Of a DNA stretch of 64,000 nucleotides, positions 49,746 through 61,394 are shown piece after piece. The position numbers and the translations under genes are program-made. The notes beneath the pieces are model-generated. The model saw only the letters and a program-made list of their open reading frames with translations. It was not told the DNA's origin and ran no database searches. This DNA is from Vicugna vicugna (taxonomy: Eukaryota): assembly GCA_013265495.1 (NCBI GenBank), contig MU058451.1, positions 2,599,305 to 2,663,304 of the forward strand, given 5' to 3'. Within the stretch, counting starts at the first letter, position 1; each line of letters begins with the position of its first letter.

Positions 49746-51529
49746 TATGAGATAAATATCAGTAGACACAGCAAGAGAGATGAGAATAGTAGCCCCGGGG
49801 AAGCTGCAGTGGCACATATAAAATGGAGCTGATAACAACTGCTCTTTCTTATGTCTTAATATATTTGGCATTTGATACTATATATATATACATATAACTT
49901 TGATTTCTTTAAAAAAATCAGTCGAGTCCAAGAATGGAACGAAAATACAATGTTAGTGAATTATGCTATCTCTTCAAAAAAAAAGTGACTGCATTTGGAT
50001 AGAAATGGAGTGGAATCTATTTTTTTGCCTGCACTCTATTTTCTTGAATTAAGATGTAGGAAAGTTTTGGGAAAAGGAAGCACAGAAATAGAGGTGGCCT
50101 TGCTTAACTTGAAATCAAGAAAATCTAAAATCAAGGGAAAACTTAAATGAGCCAAGAACTCCTTATTTATAAAATTGATTTAAATGCTTATGCTTGAAAA
50201 TGAGGTTAAAAAAGGGGAGCCATTAAGCTGTAAAATATCCTCACTTCCCAAATGAAGACAGGAATAAAACAACCAGAAACAGAGTACTTACCAAGCACTT
50301 TAGAACAGTGTGTCTGAAACGAATGGCTTGTGTAAAATACAGTAAAAATGAATTACCAGAAAAATGAAATTAAAAAAACAAACACAAATTACAAAGCCAA
50401 ATTTTCATTATTAGATTGGATTTCATTATTAGATATATATATATTAAAACATTACTCTGTCAAATAGCTATTAAAGTGTCTAAATGTGTATTCTCAGTTT
50501 CTTTACTCATTTCTTCATAGGCTGTTAATAAATAGTTCACATACTGACACAGGGCCATAGACCGGTGCTGAGAAGCACACCTCTGCAAACTGTGTGGAAC
50601 CAGATTCTTGAAATTGTTCATTAAATCTTAAAATAGTTTCAGAGGCAAGAGGCTACTGGAACAGAAATTTCAAAATAGCAATCATACTAGGACGAGAAGA
50701 TTATCCCCTAGTCCTCTATTAGAGCATTGCAGAAACATTCATTTATAGACAGGGCTACAATTACTTTACAGTGGCAAAAAACAGGAGGCAAACTAAGTGG
50801 ACATCAAAGGGGGATGGTTAAAAATTATAGTAATCCACGCTAGAGAATGAGATGTAGCTGGTTAACACGAGATATATGTGTGTGTATCGCATGGAAAGAT
50901 GTCCATGTTCCATTTTTTATTTTTTTAAAAAAGCAGCAAATTCCACAGCAGTGTATGTAGAATGTAGTCCTATACATTAGAAAGTGGGCCCAGGTTGTTT
51001 GTATATATTTACATAGCAAAAGGGTAGAAAAATATTTGAAAAGATAGGGACATATTCATTCTGCTAAAGGGCTGGGGGAAAGGGACAGCAAGGGAGAAAC
51101 TTTGACCTTAGTTCATTCATTCATTCAAAAAGTTTGTACTGAGTACCAACTATGTTCTAAGTGGGAGGAGAAGGGAAACAATGATGGGGAATAAGCAACT
51201 AGACAAAGAACTTGAAAAGAAAGGAAGGAATATAGAAAGTGAGAAAGGAAGAGACAGAGAGGAAAGGGAAGGGAGGAAGGGAGGGGAAGCAAGTTCCAGC
51301 ACAGTAGGTAAGGTCGTGTTTTGTCCTGTATATCAGAGGGTGAGTTCAGGCAGTACGTAGATATTTACACTGAGAAGGTGGGGAGCGGGAAGGGAGGGGA
51401 GGGAAGGAAGAGGGTGAGCTTCAGAGTGTATGTATGTAAGAAAGTAAAACATTGTATAGGAAACACTCCTTAGACATTATAAGGAAAATCTTTTTTTTTA
51501 AAATATATTTTGAATATTTAGTTGTCCGT

Positions 51530-51868
51530 GGTTTTTTTTTGTTGTGGTTGTTGTTGTTCTGGAATATTGACTTTATTCCCTGTGTTGTATAATATATTCT
51601 TGTAGCTTACTTTGTGCATAGTAGTTTGTACCTTTTTTATTCCTTACCCTTATATTGCGCCTCCCCCTCCCCTCTCCCTACTGGTAACAATTTATTTTTT
51701 TCTCTGTATCTGTGATCTTTTTTTGTTATATCCACTAGTTTGTTGTATATTTTAGATTCCACATTTAAGTGATTTCCTACAGTATTTATCTTTCTCTGTC
51801 TGACTTATTTCATTTAGCATAATACCCTCCAGATCCACCAACGTTGTTGCAAAAGGCAAAATTCATTC
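51530..51868 (-). mobile_element. L1 3' UTR fragment (artiodactyl-type)
   Basis: tttagattccacatttaagtgat..tctgtctgacttatttcatttagcataataccctccagatcca. Confidence 0.75.
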
Positions 51869-51874
51869 AGTCTT

Positions 51875-52245
51875 CATCCTAATCCCTAAAGGGTGAACAT
51901 GATCTTGTACAGAGAAGGATATGGCTGAGTTAAGGGTCTTGAAAGGAGGAACTTATCCTGGATAATCAGGGTGGGCCCTGAAGTATGATTCTAAGTATGA
52001 ATGTGGGGGCAGTTTGGGGACAGACACACACAAGACAGTAAACAGAAGCAAAGGAACACGTGGGGCCAGCGCAAGGTGAAAGAGGCAAGGAAGCGGCCCT
52101 CCACGGGGACCCCGGGGGGAGAATGTTCCTGCCGACACCTTGCTTTTGGACTTCCGACTTTAGAACTGGGAGATAATAAATTTCTGTTGTTTTAAGCCAC
52201 CAAATTTGTGGTAATTTGTTACAGCAGCCATAGGAAATGAACACA
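51875..52245. mobile_element. MLT1A-C-like LTR
   Basis: cctgccgacaccttgcttttggacttc..ttttaagccaccaaatttgtggtaatttgttacagcagccataggaaa. Confidence 0.8.
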
Positions 52246-52295
52246 CTAAAACACTAACATTTAAAACAGAAAATTATAAAATTGAATGAGAAATC

Positions 52296-52660
52296 TTTTT
52301 TAAATTGAAGTACAGTTGATTTACAATGTTGTGTTAGTTTCTGTTGTAGCAGCATACTGATTCAATTATACATATATATTCTTTTTCAATATAGGTTATT
52401 ACAAGCTATTGAATGTAGTTTCCTGTGCTATACAGGAGGACCTAGTTTATCTTTTATATATAGTAATTTTTATCTGCTAATCCCAAACTCCTGATTTATC
52501 CCTCCCCCTCTTCCCCTCTCCTCTCTTTCCCTTTGGTAATCATAAATTTGTTTATGTCTGTGAATCTATTTCTGTTTTGCAAATAAGTTCTTTTTTTTTT
52601 TTTTGCAAATAAGTTCATTTGTATCATTTTTTAGGTTCCACATATAAGTGATGTCATATG
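52296..52660 (-). mobile_element. 5'-truncated L1 3' end
   Basis: ttttaaattgaagtacagttgatttacaatgttgtgttagtttc; TSD gagaaatctt on both sides. Confidence 0.8.
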
Positions 52661-52739
52661 AGAGAAATCTTAAATGCATTTTAATTGAGGAAGGAGCAAG
52701 TTTAATTAATAATGAGATATTTATAGATAATTTACTATA

Positions 52740-52918
52740 AGCACTTTAATGTGCTTTGTCTTAGAACAATGCCATAGAGTAGTTACTACCCCTTCTCAGT
52801 ATTTGGAAACAAAAAACCCAGGTGCAGAGGTTAAGTAACTTGGATAAAGTCCCATGCAGCTGTAAAGTGCCAAGTTCTGAACCCAGGCAGCCTGACTCCA
52901 GAGCCCACCACTCAGCTA
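52740..52918 (-). mobile_element. MIR
   Basis: cagaggttaagtaacttgg..gaacccaggcagcctgactccagagccc. Confidence 0.7.
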
Positions 52919-53009
52919 TTGCCTGGGAAGTTTTTACTTCAGGACACTTTGAAGGATTTTAGAGTTAATAGCACTGTTTTTTGTTATTTTGTTATTTTTG
53001 GCAGCCTTT

Positions 53010-54050
53010 CTTTTTTTTAGAGCAGTTTTAAGTGGACAGAAGAGTTCAGGAGAAAGTACATGGGGTTCCCATCAGCCCCTTTCTCCCCTCTCACCATTTT
53101 CCCTATTGTTAGCATCCTGCATTCGTGTGGTACATTTGATATACAATGAGCCAGTATTGATACATTATCATTATTTAAAGTCCACAGTTTCAGGGTGAGG
53201 GGAATTGGATGAAGGTGGTCAAAAGATACAAACTTCCAGTTATAAGAAAACTAAGTACTGGGGATGTAATGTATAACATGATGGTTATGGGAAATACTGC
53301 CCTGTGGTATATTTCAAAGTTGCTAAGAGAGTAGAAGCTAAAAGTTCTGATCACAAGGAAAAAAAATTATTTTTTCTTTTGCAGCTATATGAAATGGTAC
53401 ATGTTAACTAAACTTACTGGGGCAATCATTTCACAATATATGTAAGTCAAGTCTTTGAGCAGGACACCTTAAACTTATAAGGGCTGTATGTCAATTTTAT
53501 CTCAATAAAATGGAAAAAAAATTAAGTCCAAAGTTTAAGGTTCACTCTAGGGGTAAATTTTATGAATTTGGATAAATGTTTAATGACATGGACCCATCAT
53601 TATGGTATCATACACAGTACATCACTGCCCTAAAAATCCTCTGTGCTCCATCTTTCCATCCCTCCCCACCCTAAGCCCAGGCAACTACTGATCCTTTTAC
53701 AGTCTCCATAGTTTTTTCCTTTCTAGAATGTCATATAGTCGGACTCGTACAGTATGCAGCCTTTTCAGGTTGGTGTCTTTTACTTAGCAATATGCATTTA
53801 GTGTTCTTGATGTCTTTTCACGGTTTGGTATCTCATTTCTTTTTAACACAGAATAATATTTCCACTGTATGGGTGTACCACACTTTGTCCATTTACCTAT
53901 TGAAGGACATCTTGGTTGCTTCCAAGTGTTGGCAATTATGAATAAATCTTCTCTAAGCATTCAAGTGTAGGTTTTTGTGTGGACATGAGTTTTCAAATTA
54001 TTTGCTTAAATACCAAGGAGAGTGATTGCTGGACCATATGGTAAGATATT
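53010..54050 (-). mobile_element. L1MC-like 3' region with nested plus-strand L1MA-like 3' end (53192-53522)
   Basis: Nested insert flanked by TSD aagtccacagttt / aagtccaaagttt. Confidence 0.75.
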
Positions 54051-54725
54051 TTTTTTTCCCTTTCCCTAAGCTAACCTCACAGGTTGGAGTATTTTAGATA
54101 AGTGTACACACAAATTCTGGTCTATTATCTGCCATTTGGTCAATATAAATAATCCTGTAGTGGACATTTTAAGTTCTCTGCCCATTAAAACTCCTCAATC
54201 TCATTTTTATTGTGTTGGGAAAACCATCCCCAATTTCAGGTGGTTCTGATGGGGCTGTAAATTCATGGCCACAGGGGCCATGAGACCCACACCTGCTGAA
54301 GTTCCCCATCCTCCAGCCTCAGTGATGACTGAGGGGGTGCTGCAGACATGAGACCCGAAAAGACCAAGCAGAATCTGCTCTGAGATGGATTTACAAACAT
54401 TAGTAGGGGAAAACGCTAGTTTTCTTGGAGCTGCTGGGCTGGGAAGGTACAGCTGTCAGTGACCCTCCTGCTCACATTTGGAGAGAATTTGTAGAATAAA
54501 GCCAATCAGAGCTGGGAGAGGGAGACAGAGCCCTAACTTTGAGCCTTGCCTCCAGCTTTTCTGAAGCCAGTACCACCTATGACTCCCTGGCTTTATAAAC
54601 CAACAAGTTCATTTTCCCTTAAGCTAGTTACACTTGCAAACAAAATAATCCTAATATAAAGCCCAGGTCCAGCTTGAAATGTGAAGAAATGAAAAGGATG
54701 TTTATGAACATTAAAAATACTCTAG

Positions 54726-54825
54726 AGGGGAGGGGGTTATAGCTCAGTGGTAGAGTGCATGCTTGGCACGCATGAGGTCCTAGGTTCAATCTCCAGTGCC
54801 TCAGTTAAAAAGAAGAAAAAAAAAA
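54726..54825 (+). mobile_element. Vic-1-like SINE
   Basis: A/B boxes and A-rich tail. Confidence 0.9.
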
Positions 54826-55304
54826 CTCTCATCTGAAACTTCTTTTTCATGACTGAGGAGATTTGCCACTATTTCAAAAAATTCTCTCAACTAAAATTGC
54901 ATATTTATTCTTAATAGGAATCATATTTCCTCTTTTTACTTAGCAGTTTAGTTTCCTCTCTTTCTGCAAGAGAATTAAAAGTTTGTACAATCTGCTGTTG
55001 TTCCCTTGCTGCGTTATTCTCCGGGACAAGCATTTACACTCCTGATGCTGAGTTACAGCTGAGAATTACTTTGTCTCCTGTCCTCCTGGAATAGAAAGAG
55101 AAATAACATTGCTTGTAACCTAAGAAACTTGGAAGTGAGTTAAACCAGTCATCCTCAAACCTGGCTCTGCGTCAGAATCATCTGGGAGAGATTTATTTGC
55201 CTAAAATATGAATTCTGGCTCCATTCCACACCTTACTGGAAAGAGATTGAGTTGAATTGATTTAACAGTCAGCAATGCTGTGGATGGACCACAGCTGTTG
55301 CTTC

Positions 55305-56810
55305 TATACCTTGGTTGTAAATAATGCTGCTATGAACATTGATGTGCATGTATCTTTTTGAATTAGTGTTCTAGTTTTCTTTGGATATATATCCAGGTGC
55401 AGAATTGCAGGACCATATGGTAGTTCTATTAGTTGTTTGAAGACCCTCCATACTGTTTTTCACAGTGGCTGCACCAATTGACATCCTCACCAGCAGCGTA
55501 CAAGGGTTCCCGTTCCTCCTCATCCTTGCCAACTTTCGCATTTGTATTCTTTTCGAGGATAGTCATTGTGACGGGTGTGAGGTGATACCTCATTGTGATT
55601 TTGATTTGCCTTTCTCTGATGATTAGCAACGCTGAACATCTTTTCATGTGCCTCTTAGCTATCTGTGTGTCCTCTTTGGAAAAAATGTCCATTCAGATCT
55701 TCTGTCCATTTTGGGGGCAGGTAATTAGGTTTATTTGTTTATTTTAGACATCCATTTTTTAATCAGGTTTTTTTTTGATATTGAGTTTGCATGAGCTATT
55801 TATACATTTTGGATGTTAACCCCTTATTGGTGATACAATTTGTAAATATTTTCTCCCATTCAGTAGATTGTCTTTTCACTTTGTAAATGGTTTCCTTTGC
55901 TGTGCAATAGCTTCTAAGTTTAATTAGGTCCCATTTGTTTATTTTTGCTTTGTTTCCTTTGCCTCAGGAGACAGATCAAAAAATATTGCTTTTATGTCAA
56001 AGAGTGTTCTGCCTATGTTTTCCTCTAGGAGTTTTAAGGTTTCCAACATACCTATTACATTTCTATACCCTGGCGTGTGGGGCCAGGTCCTGGGCGCTCT
56101 GATGGACAGGTACGCGTCCAGGAGTGGATGTGGGCTCTGGGGGTCTTAAGGCAGTCTGTCTGCTGGTGGGAGGGGCTGTGTCCCTGTCCAGTTAGTTGCT
56201 TGGCCTGAAGCATCCCAGTACTCAAGCCAACCTGATGATGGGCAGTGGGTGGGCCTGGGTCCTGAGGCTAATATGCTAGAGGGAGGATTCCAAAATGATG
56301 CTTGCCAGCAGTGGCGTCCATGGGGGAGAATGAGCTCCCCAAAATGGCTGCAGTCAGTGTCTGTGTCCCCAGGGTGAGTTCTAGTCACCTCCTGAGATTC
56401 TCCAAGATCAGCAGATAGGTCTGATCCAGCCTTTTTTCAAAATACTGCTTCTGTCCTGGGTCCCCGCGTGTGTAAGGTTTTGTTTGCCCCCTTTAAGAGC
56501 GGAGTCTATTTCCTGCAGACTTTCCACTCTCTAAAGTAAGACCACTGACCTTCAAAGCCAAATGTCTGGGGGCTTGTCTTCCTGCTGCAGGACCCCCGGG
56601 GTTGGGGATCCCGGTGTGGCGCCCACACCCCTCACTCCTTGGGGAGAAGCTCTGCAATTGTAATTATTCTCCCTTTTGCGGGTCACCCATCCGGAGGTAT
56701 GAGTCTTGGCTACACCATGATTCCTCCCCTCCTCCCCATCTTGCTGTGGTTCCTTCTTTATATCTTCAGTTGTAAAAGATCTTTTCTGGTAGGTGCCGGT
56801 CTTTTTCTAC
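55305..56810 (-). mobile_element. L1: ORF2 C-terminal piece (55305-56045) adjoining a 5' UTR piece (56070-56810)
   Basis: Minus [32 protein letters not shown] is the L1 ORF2 C-terminus; the 5' UTR part is homologous to 46527-47192. Confidence 0.85.
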
Positions 56811-56904
56811 TCTGTCACCTTGGCTGATCTCCTCCTCCGTTACATTTTAAATGCTCTATATCCAAGACAGCCGAGGAAAGTGTGGTTCCTCCCAAAAGAG
56901 CTCT

Positions 56905-57995
56905 GAACTACACTTATCTGACTTTCTCACTATAACTGTTTGCATTTTCCAAAATGTTATATAAATAAAGCCGTAAGTATGTACTTTTTTTTGCCTGGGT
57001 AGTTTCACTCAGCATAATAGCAATTTATCAGTGTTGTTTTTTATCAATGTGTCAATAGATTATTCTTTTTTTTATTGCTGTTGTATTCCATTGTATAGAT
57101 ATGCCAAAGTTTGGCTACTTATTCACTTATTGATGGACATCTGGGATGTTTCCAGTTGGGACAGTTTACAAACATTTGTGTAAAACGTCTTTGTGTGAAC
57201 ATATGCTCTTTTCCTGTGGGTAAATAACTCCAAGCAAAATGCCGATTAATTTAGTACGTGCATGCTTAACAACTTTTTAAGAAGCTGTCAAACTGTCTTC
57301 CAAAATGCTTATACAATTCTACGTTCAGTAGTGGGAGAGTTCCCATTGCTCCACATTCTTGTCAAAACTTGGTATGGTCAGTGTAGTGGGTGTAGTGGTG
57401 TCTCCTGGTTTTAAGTTGTATTCTTCTAATAACTAACGACGTTGAGCAGCTTTTTATGTATTTATTTGCTATCCCTGTGTTTTCTTTGGTTAAGAATCAG
57501 CTGAAGTAAAAACAAAAATTCAAAAATTGTTCTCATTTTAAAATTGATTGTTTTAAGACTGAATTTTAAGAATTAAAAAAATTCTTTATCAGACATATAT
57601 TTCACAAATATATTGTGTTACCTTTTTAGTTTAAGTGTCCTGAAAAGCCCAAGGTTTAAATTCTGATAAGAACAATTAATCAAATGCTTTCAATAATTTG
57701 TACGGTAGTTAAGAAATCTTTGCCACATTCAAGATCTCAGATTTTATTTTCTTACACAAATTTTAGTTTTTACTCTTGATTTAGGTCTATGATTCATTTT
57801 GGGTAATTTTTGTATATGATGCAAGATTTTTTTTTCTTTTGCAAATGGCTCTTCGAGTGCCCTAGTACCACATGATGAATAGATTATTCTTTTTCCCTGA
57901 AAGTGCCTTGGCATCTCTTTCGAAAATCAGTTGATACTACCTTTGGACTTTCCCTTCTGTTCCACTGATGTATGTCTATATTTATGCCAATACTT
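56905..57995 (-). mobile_element. Ancient L1 3' fragment
   Basis: ttcactcagcataat..tattccattgtatagatatgcc..gatggacatctgggatgtttccag. Confidence 0.7.
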
Positions 57996-57999
57996 GATA

Positions 58000-58500
58000 A
58001 TAAATTCAAGTCATCATCATTCGTTGTCCGATTACAATTAAGCCTCTTGTTTTTCCCTTCAGTTTAGTCACCCTTCCAAACACTTTCCACATCAGAGACA
58101 AAGTAATTTTTCTGAAGGGCAAATCAGATTCTGTCACAAGATAAAATCAAAACTCTAAAACCTCGTCTTCCATGTTCTAGTTCTATTTCCTATTTTCACC
58201 TCTCCTTCATCCAAATTTAATGCTACAACACTGTTCTCTCTCACCCTGGGTGTTTGCATTCGCCGCATGCTTTATCTCCGATGCCCTCACCTTTTCTCTC
58301 CCACCTTTGCCTGGCGAATACTCATTCTTCCCCTGGAATTCTTCCCAGACTCCCTTAGACAGCCTTGGTGGTTCCTGCCTTGGTGCTTGCCTGGCACTCT
58401 GCCATCACCCCAGGACACCACCGTACACAATCACCCGTTTGTCTTCCCTGCCAGATGATAAGCTCCTTGGGACCCAGCAGGCGGTCAGTATTTGAATGAA
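58000..58500 (+). mobile_element. L2 remnant
   Basis: Degenerate L2 motifs (caaatcagattctgtcac; cagtatttgaatgaat tail). Confidence 0.45.
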
Positions 58501-59829
58501 TATACAGTTGAACAAGACAGGTTCTTGCTCTTCAGAAGCTCCCGACATGGTGTGGCACGCAGAGCGCTGTGTCACTCCCCACCCCACACCTCCAGTGCTT
58601 TCCAGGTCTGTTGTTTCTGCTGGTTTATTATCACGGTGTTTCCCAGATAACCTTTGTGTACTGATCCCTGTATTTAATTAAACCACTTGGAGGAATCACC
58701 TGAGGCCTAAAAAGAGAATAGCTTTCTTCAGAGAGGAATTGCAGTTGCTTCTGATCATCTCCTGAGAACATGGCCAGTCAGGGATCTCATGTTAATCTAG
58801 GTCCACAGCTTGGCATTCCCCAAAGCACTCCAGGGTGCAAGTCTGAATCAGGGCTGTTTCCTCAGGTGACCTTTACTCTGGGAATGGAGCTCCACTGGGT
58901 CCTGGTTTTAAGTTACTTTTGATGGGTGGGATGTTGGCGCAGTGGCTCAGACTCATTTGGGGCATATCCTGGGCTTTGATTCCTGGGCAACCTTCCCTGC
59001 GATACTGCCCACACAGTGGCTCAGTTTCATAATTCCCTCCCAACTGACAGATGCCCTGAGGACAACGGGAGCTCACTGCTAGGCTCATCTCTCCGTTCAG
59101 CGGAAACTATGAAAGATCAATTTCAATGCTGCCCTGACTCACAAAGCCCTACATCATTTGGCCTTTGGCTCCTGCTTCCCCATTGGCTCTCTGAACCAGC
59201 CGCGTCATCCTGTCCTCGGGCTTTTGGACTCGTGATCTTTGTACTTGCCTAGAACCCATCCACAAAGTTTGTATTTCTCAAGGCATAGCAATACTATTTG
59301 CAAACAACTTGTTCCCCTGATTATCAGAAACTGCCACTTATCGGAACCTGTTCAGGCTCATCACTTTGTATGCTGTGTCATTTATCTACTTCATAGCTCC
59401 CTGATTACATAGGCCCTTTGAAGATACATGCTGTCGCTTATCTGCCATCCTTGTTGGTACAGCAGAGGTCATCACTAAGTATCTGCTTAAATGCCCGGTT
59501 TTAACCTTAATGAGTGTTAGGTTTACCCTTATGATCTCAGGGCTCCTCAGATGTATTAAGTTTTAAACAATTACATTTTTAATTCGTGAATATATTCAAG
59601 ACAATTTACCTCAGAGAAAAGGCAAGGATATGAGAAACACCCTTTTATATAAAAGAAGGCAAAACCAATTAAGAATGACTAATGATTTACTTAAAAGTAA
59701 TTCTGTCAAACTCTCTGGGATGGGAAGGATAGGGTGTTCTGCTATAACGTTTCACACAGATGGTGGTTGGGTTTGCTAGTGCCTGAGTAAGGTTCTTTGA
59801 AAAAGCTAGGATAAAAATACAAGTACAAT

Positions 59830-60400
59830 CAGGTGAATTCAACTAAAATTTACTAAGAGCTTCTGTGATAGGTGCTGTGTGCCACTGCTGTGTACACAAA
59901 CACAACTGAGACACTGTCCCAGTGTGAAGAGCTCAGGATAGAAGACTGGGACGGGGTAAAGAGGGAAGGGCAAAGATGATAAACTTGTAACTACATCTGA
60001 ACTGCACCTTTTGGGGAGAAAAGCAGGTAACGAACATTCGAGGAACAGAGAAGAACATTAGCAAAGCACAGGGAGTTTTGTCTGGCTGTTGCGTGTGGGA
60101 CGAGGTGTGCAGAGGGCTGAAGGGCAGCAGGGGTCCATCAGGACCAGGCAGTGAAAAGGCCGAGGGCAAAGGGGCTGGAGAAGAGGAAGAAACGTCAGAG
60201 ATGTTCTAAAGATGGGCTCTACAGAACTTGATGAAAAATGTCAGCGAGGACTCGTGAGCAGTGTTAGAGTCTTCACTTGGGTAACGAGGTTAGATAGGAA
60301 TATGCCATTAATTATGACAAGAAAGTATGAGAGAGAGAAATAGGCTTTTGGGGGGGTGAGAGTGGAGATAAGAAATTTTTAATGCTAAGTTGGACACCTT
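59830..60400 (-). mobile_element. L2 remnant
   Basis: attcaactaaaatttactaagagcttctgtgataggtgctgtg. Confidence 0.45.
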
Positions 60401-61394
60401 TTCTGCAGGATATAGCCATTCACACTAGGGTCTTACTTGATAATATACACCCACCCGCATTAGTTCCCTGAAGATCACGTACATGTATAAGAAAGTATTT
60501 TCCACCTTACTTTCTTATTTCAACTTTCCTTATTTGACCCTTCAAATCAGTTCATGTTTGATTTTGCTATGTGCCACGTTAGTGTGAAAAGTACTAAGGA
60601 ATATACAGAGGATTTCAACAAAACACTTCTCCCTAGTAGCTTGAGCTAGTGGAGAAAAGTCATACCTTCCGTGAGAGGCAGAAATTATTTTAAGGATTAC
60701 AATAAAGGGAGGGAGTGCCATCAAAGTATAAAGAAAGGTGGATCTTGCATTTACCTAACCAGCTACTAACCTAGTAGTTTGGGGCTGCAGAAGCGGCTCG
60801 TGGCGGGGTCAGGCGGTCCCGGGGAGGGAGACCCCCTGGGAGAGAGCCTAGAACGCCAGCAGAGCACGCTGAACCCCTTCCTGCCGGGAACAGCTGGGAT
60901 GTGGGAAAGGCCCCTCTTCTGCTTATTTCCTTCTCTTCTCATCACTTGAGGAGTCATACTCATTCAAGTAAGTTAGTTGATCTGTTTGCATACTCGGGAA
61001 AGCGCCTGGAAGTTCTTTACAGGATGTTCTTATTCATCGCGCAACTTGAAGTTCAGCAACACCAGACTCACAGTAACTCTAAGCAAGCACCCAGGTCTCA
61101 GTTTCCATCTTTTCTGAAAACACCCAGTCTTTTAAACAGGACTTAATTAATTAAAGCATGAAAAATTACTAAAATGCACTAGGCTGCGCTGCTAAGCAAA
61201 GATGATCTTCAAATAAATAAACGAATGGCTTTAGTGACTATCTTCATTCTGCTGCACTCATTTTGGAAATGGACATGTTACTATTTCCATAATCCTTTAA
61301 AGATCACAGTCTTCTGTAAAGATATATAAATTTTTACAATATAAACTACAAAAACGTTTAACATCTATCCAACTTAGTATTCAAGTCTACAGGA

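Noticed and set aside
1464..54825. tRNA-Ala-like sequences as tRNA genes
   Set aside because: Diverged, with A-rich tails and TSDs; these are SINEs.
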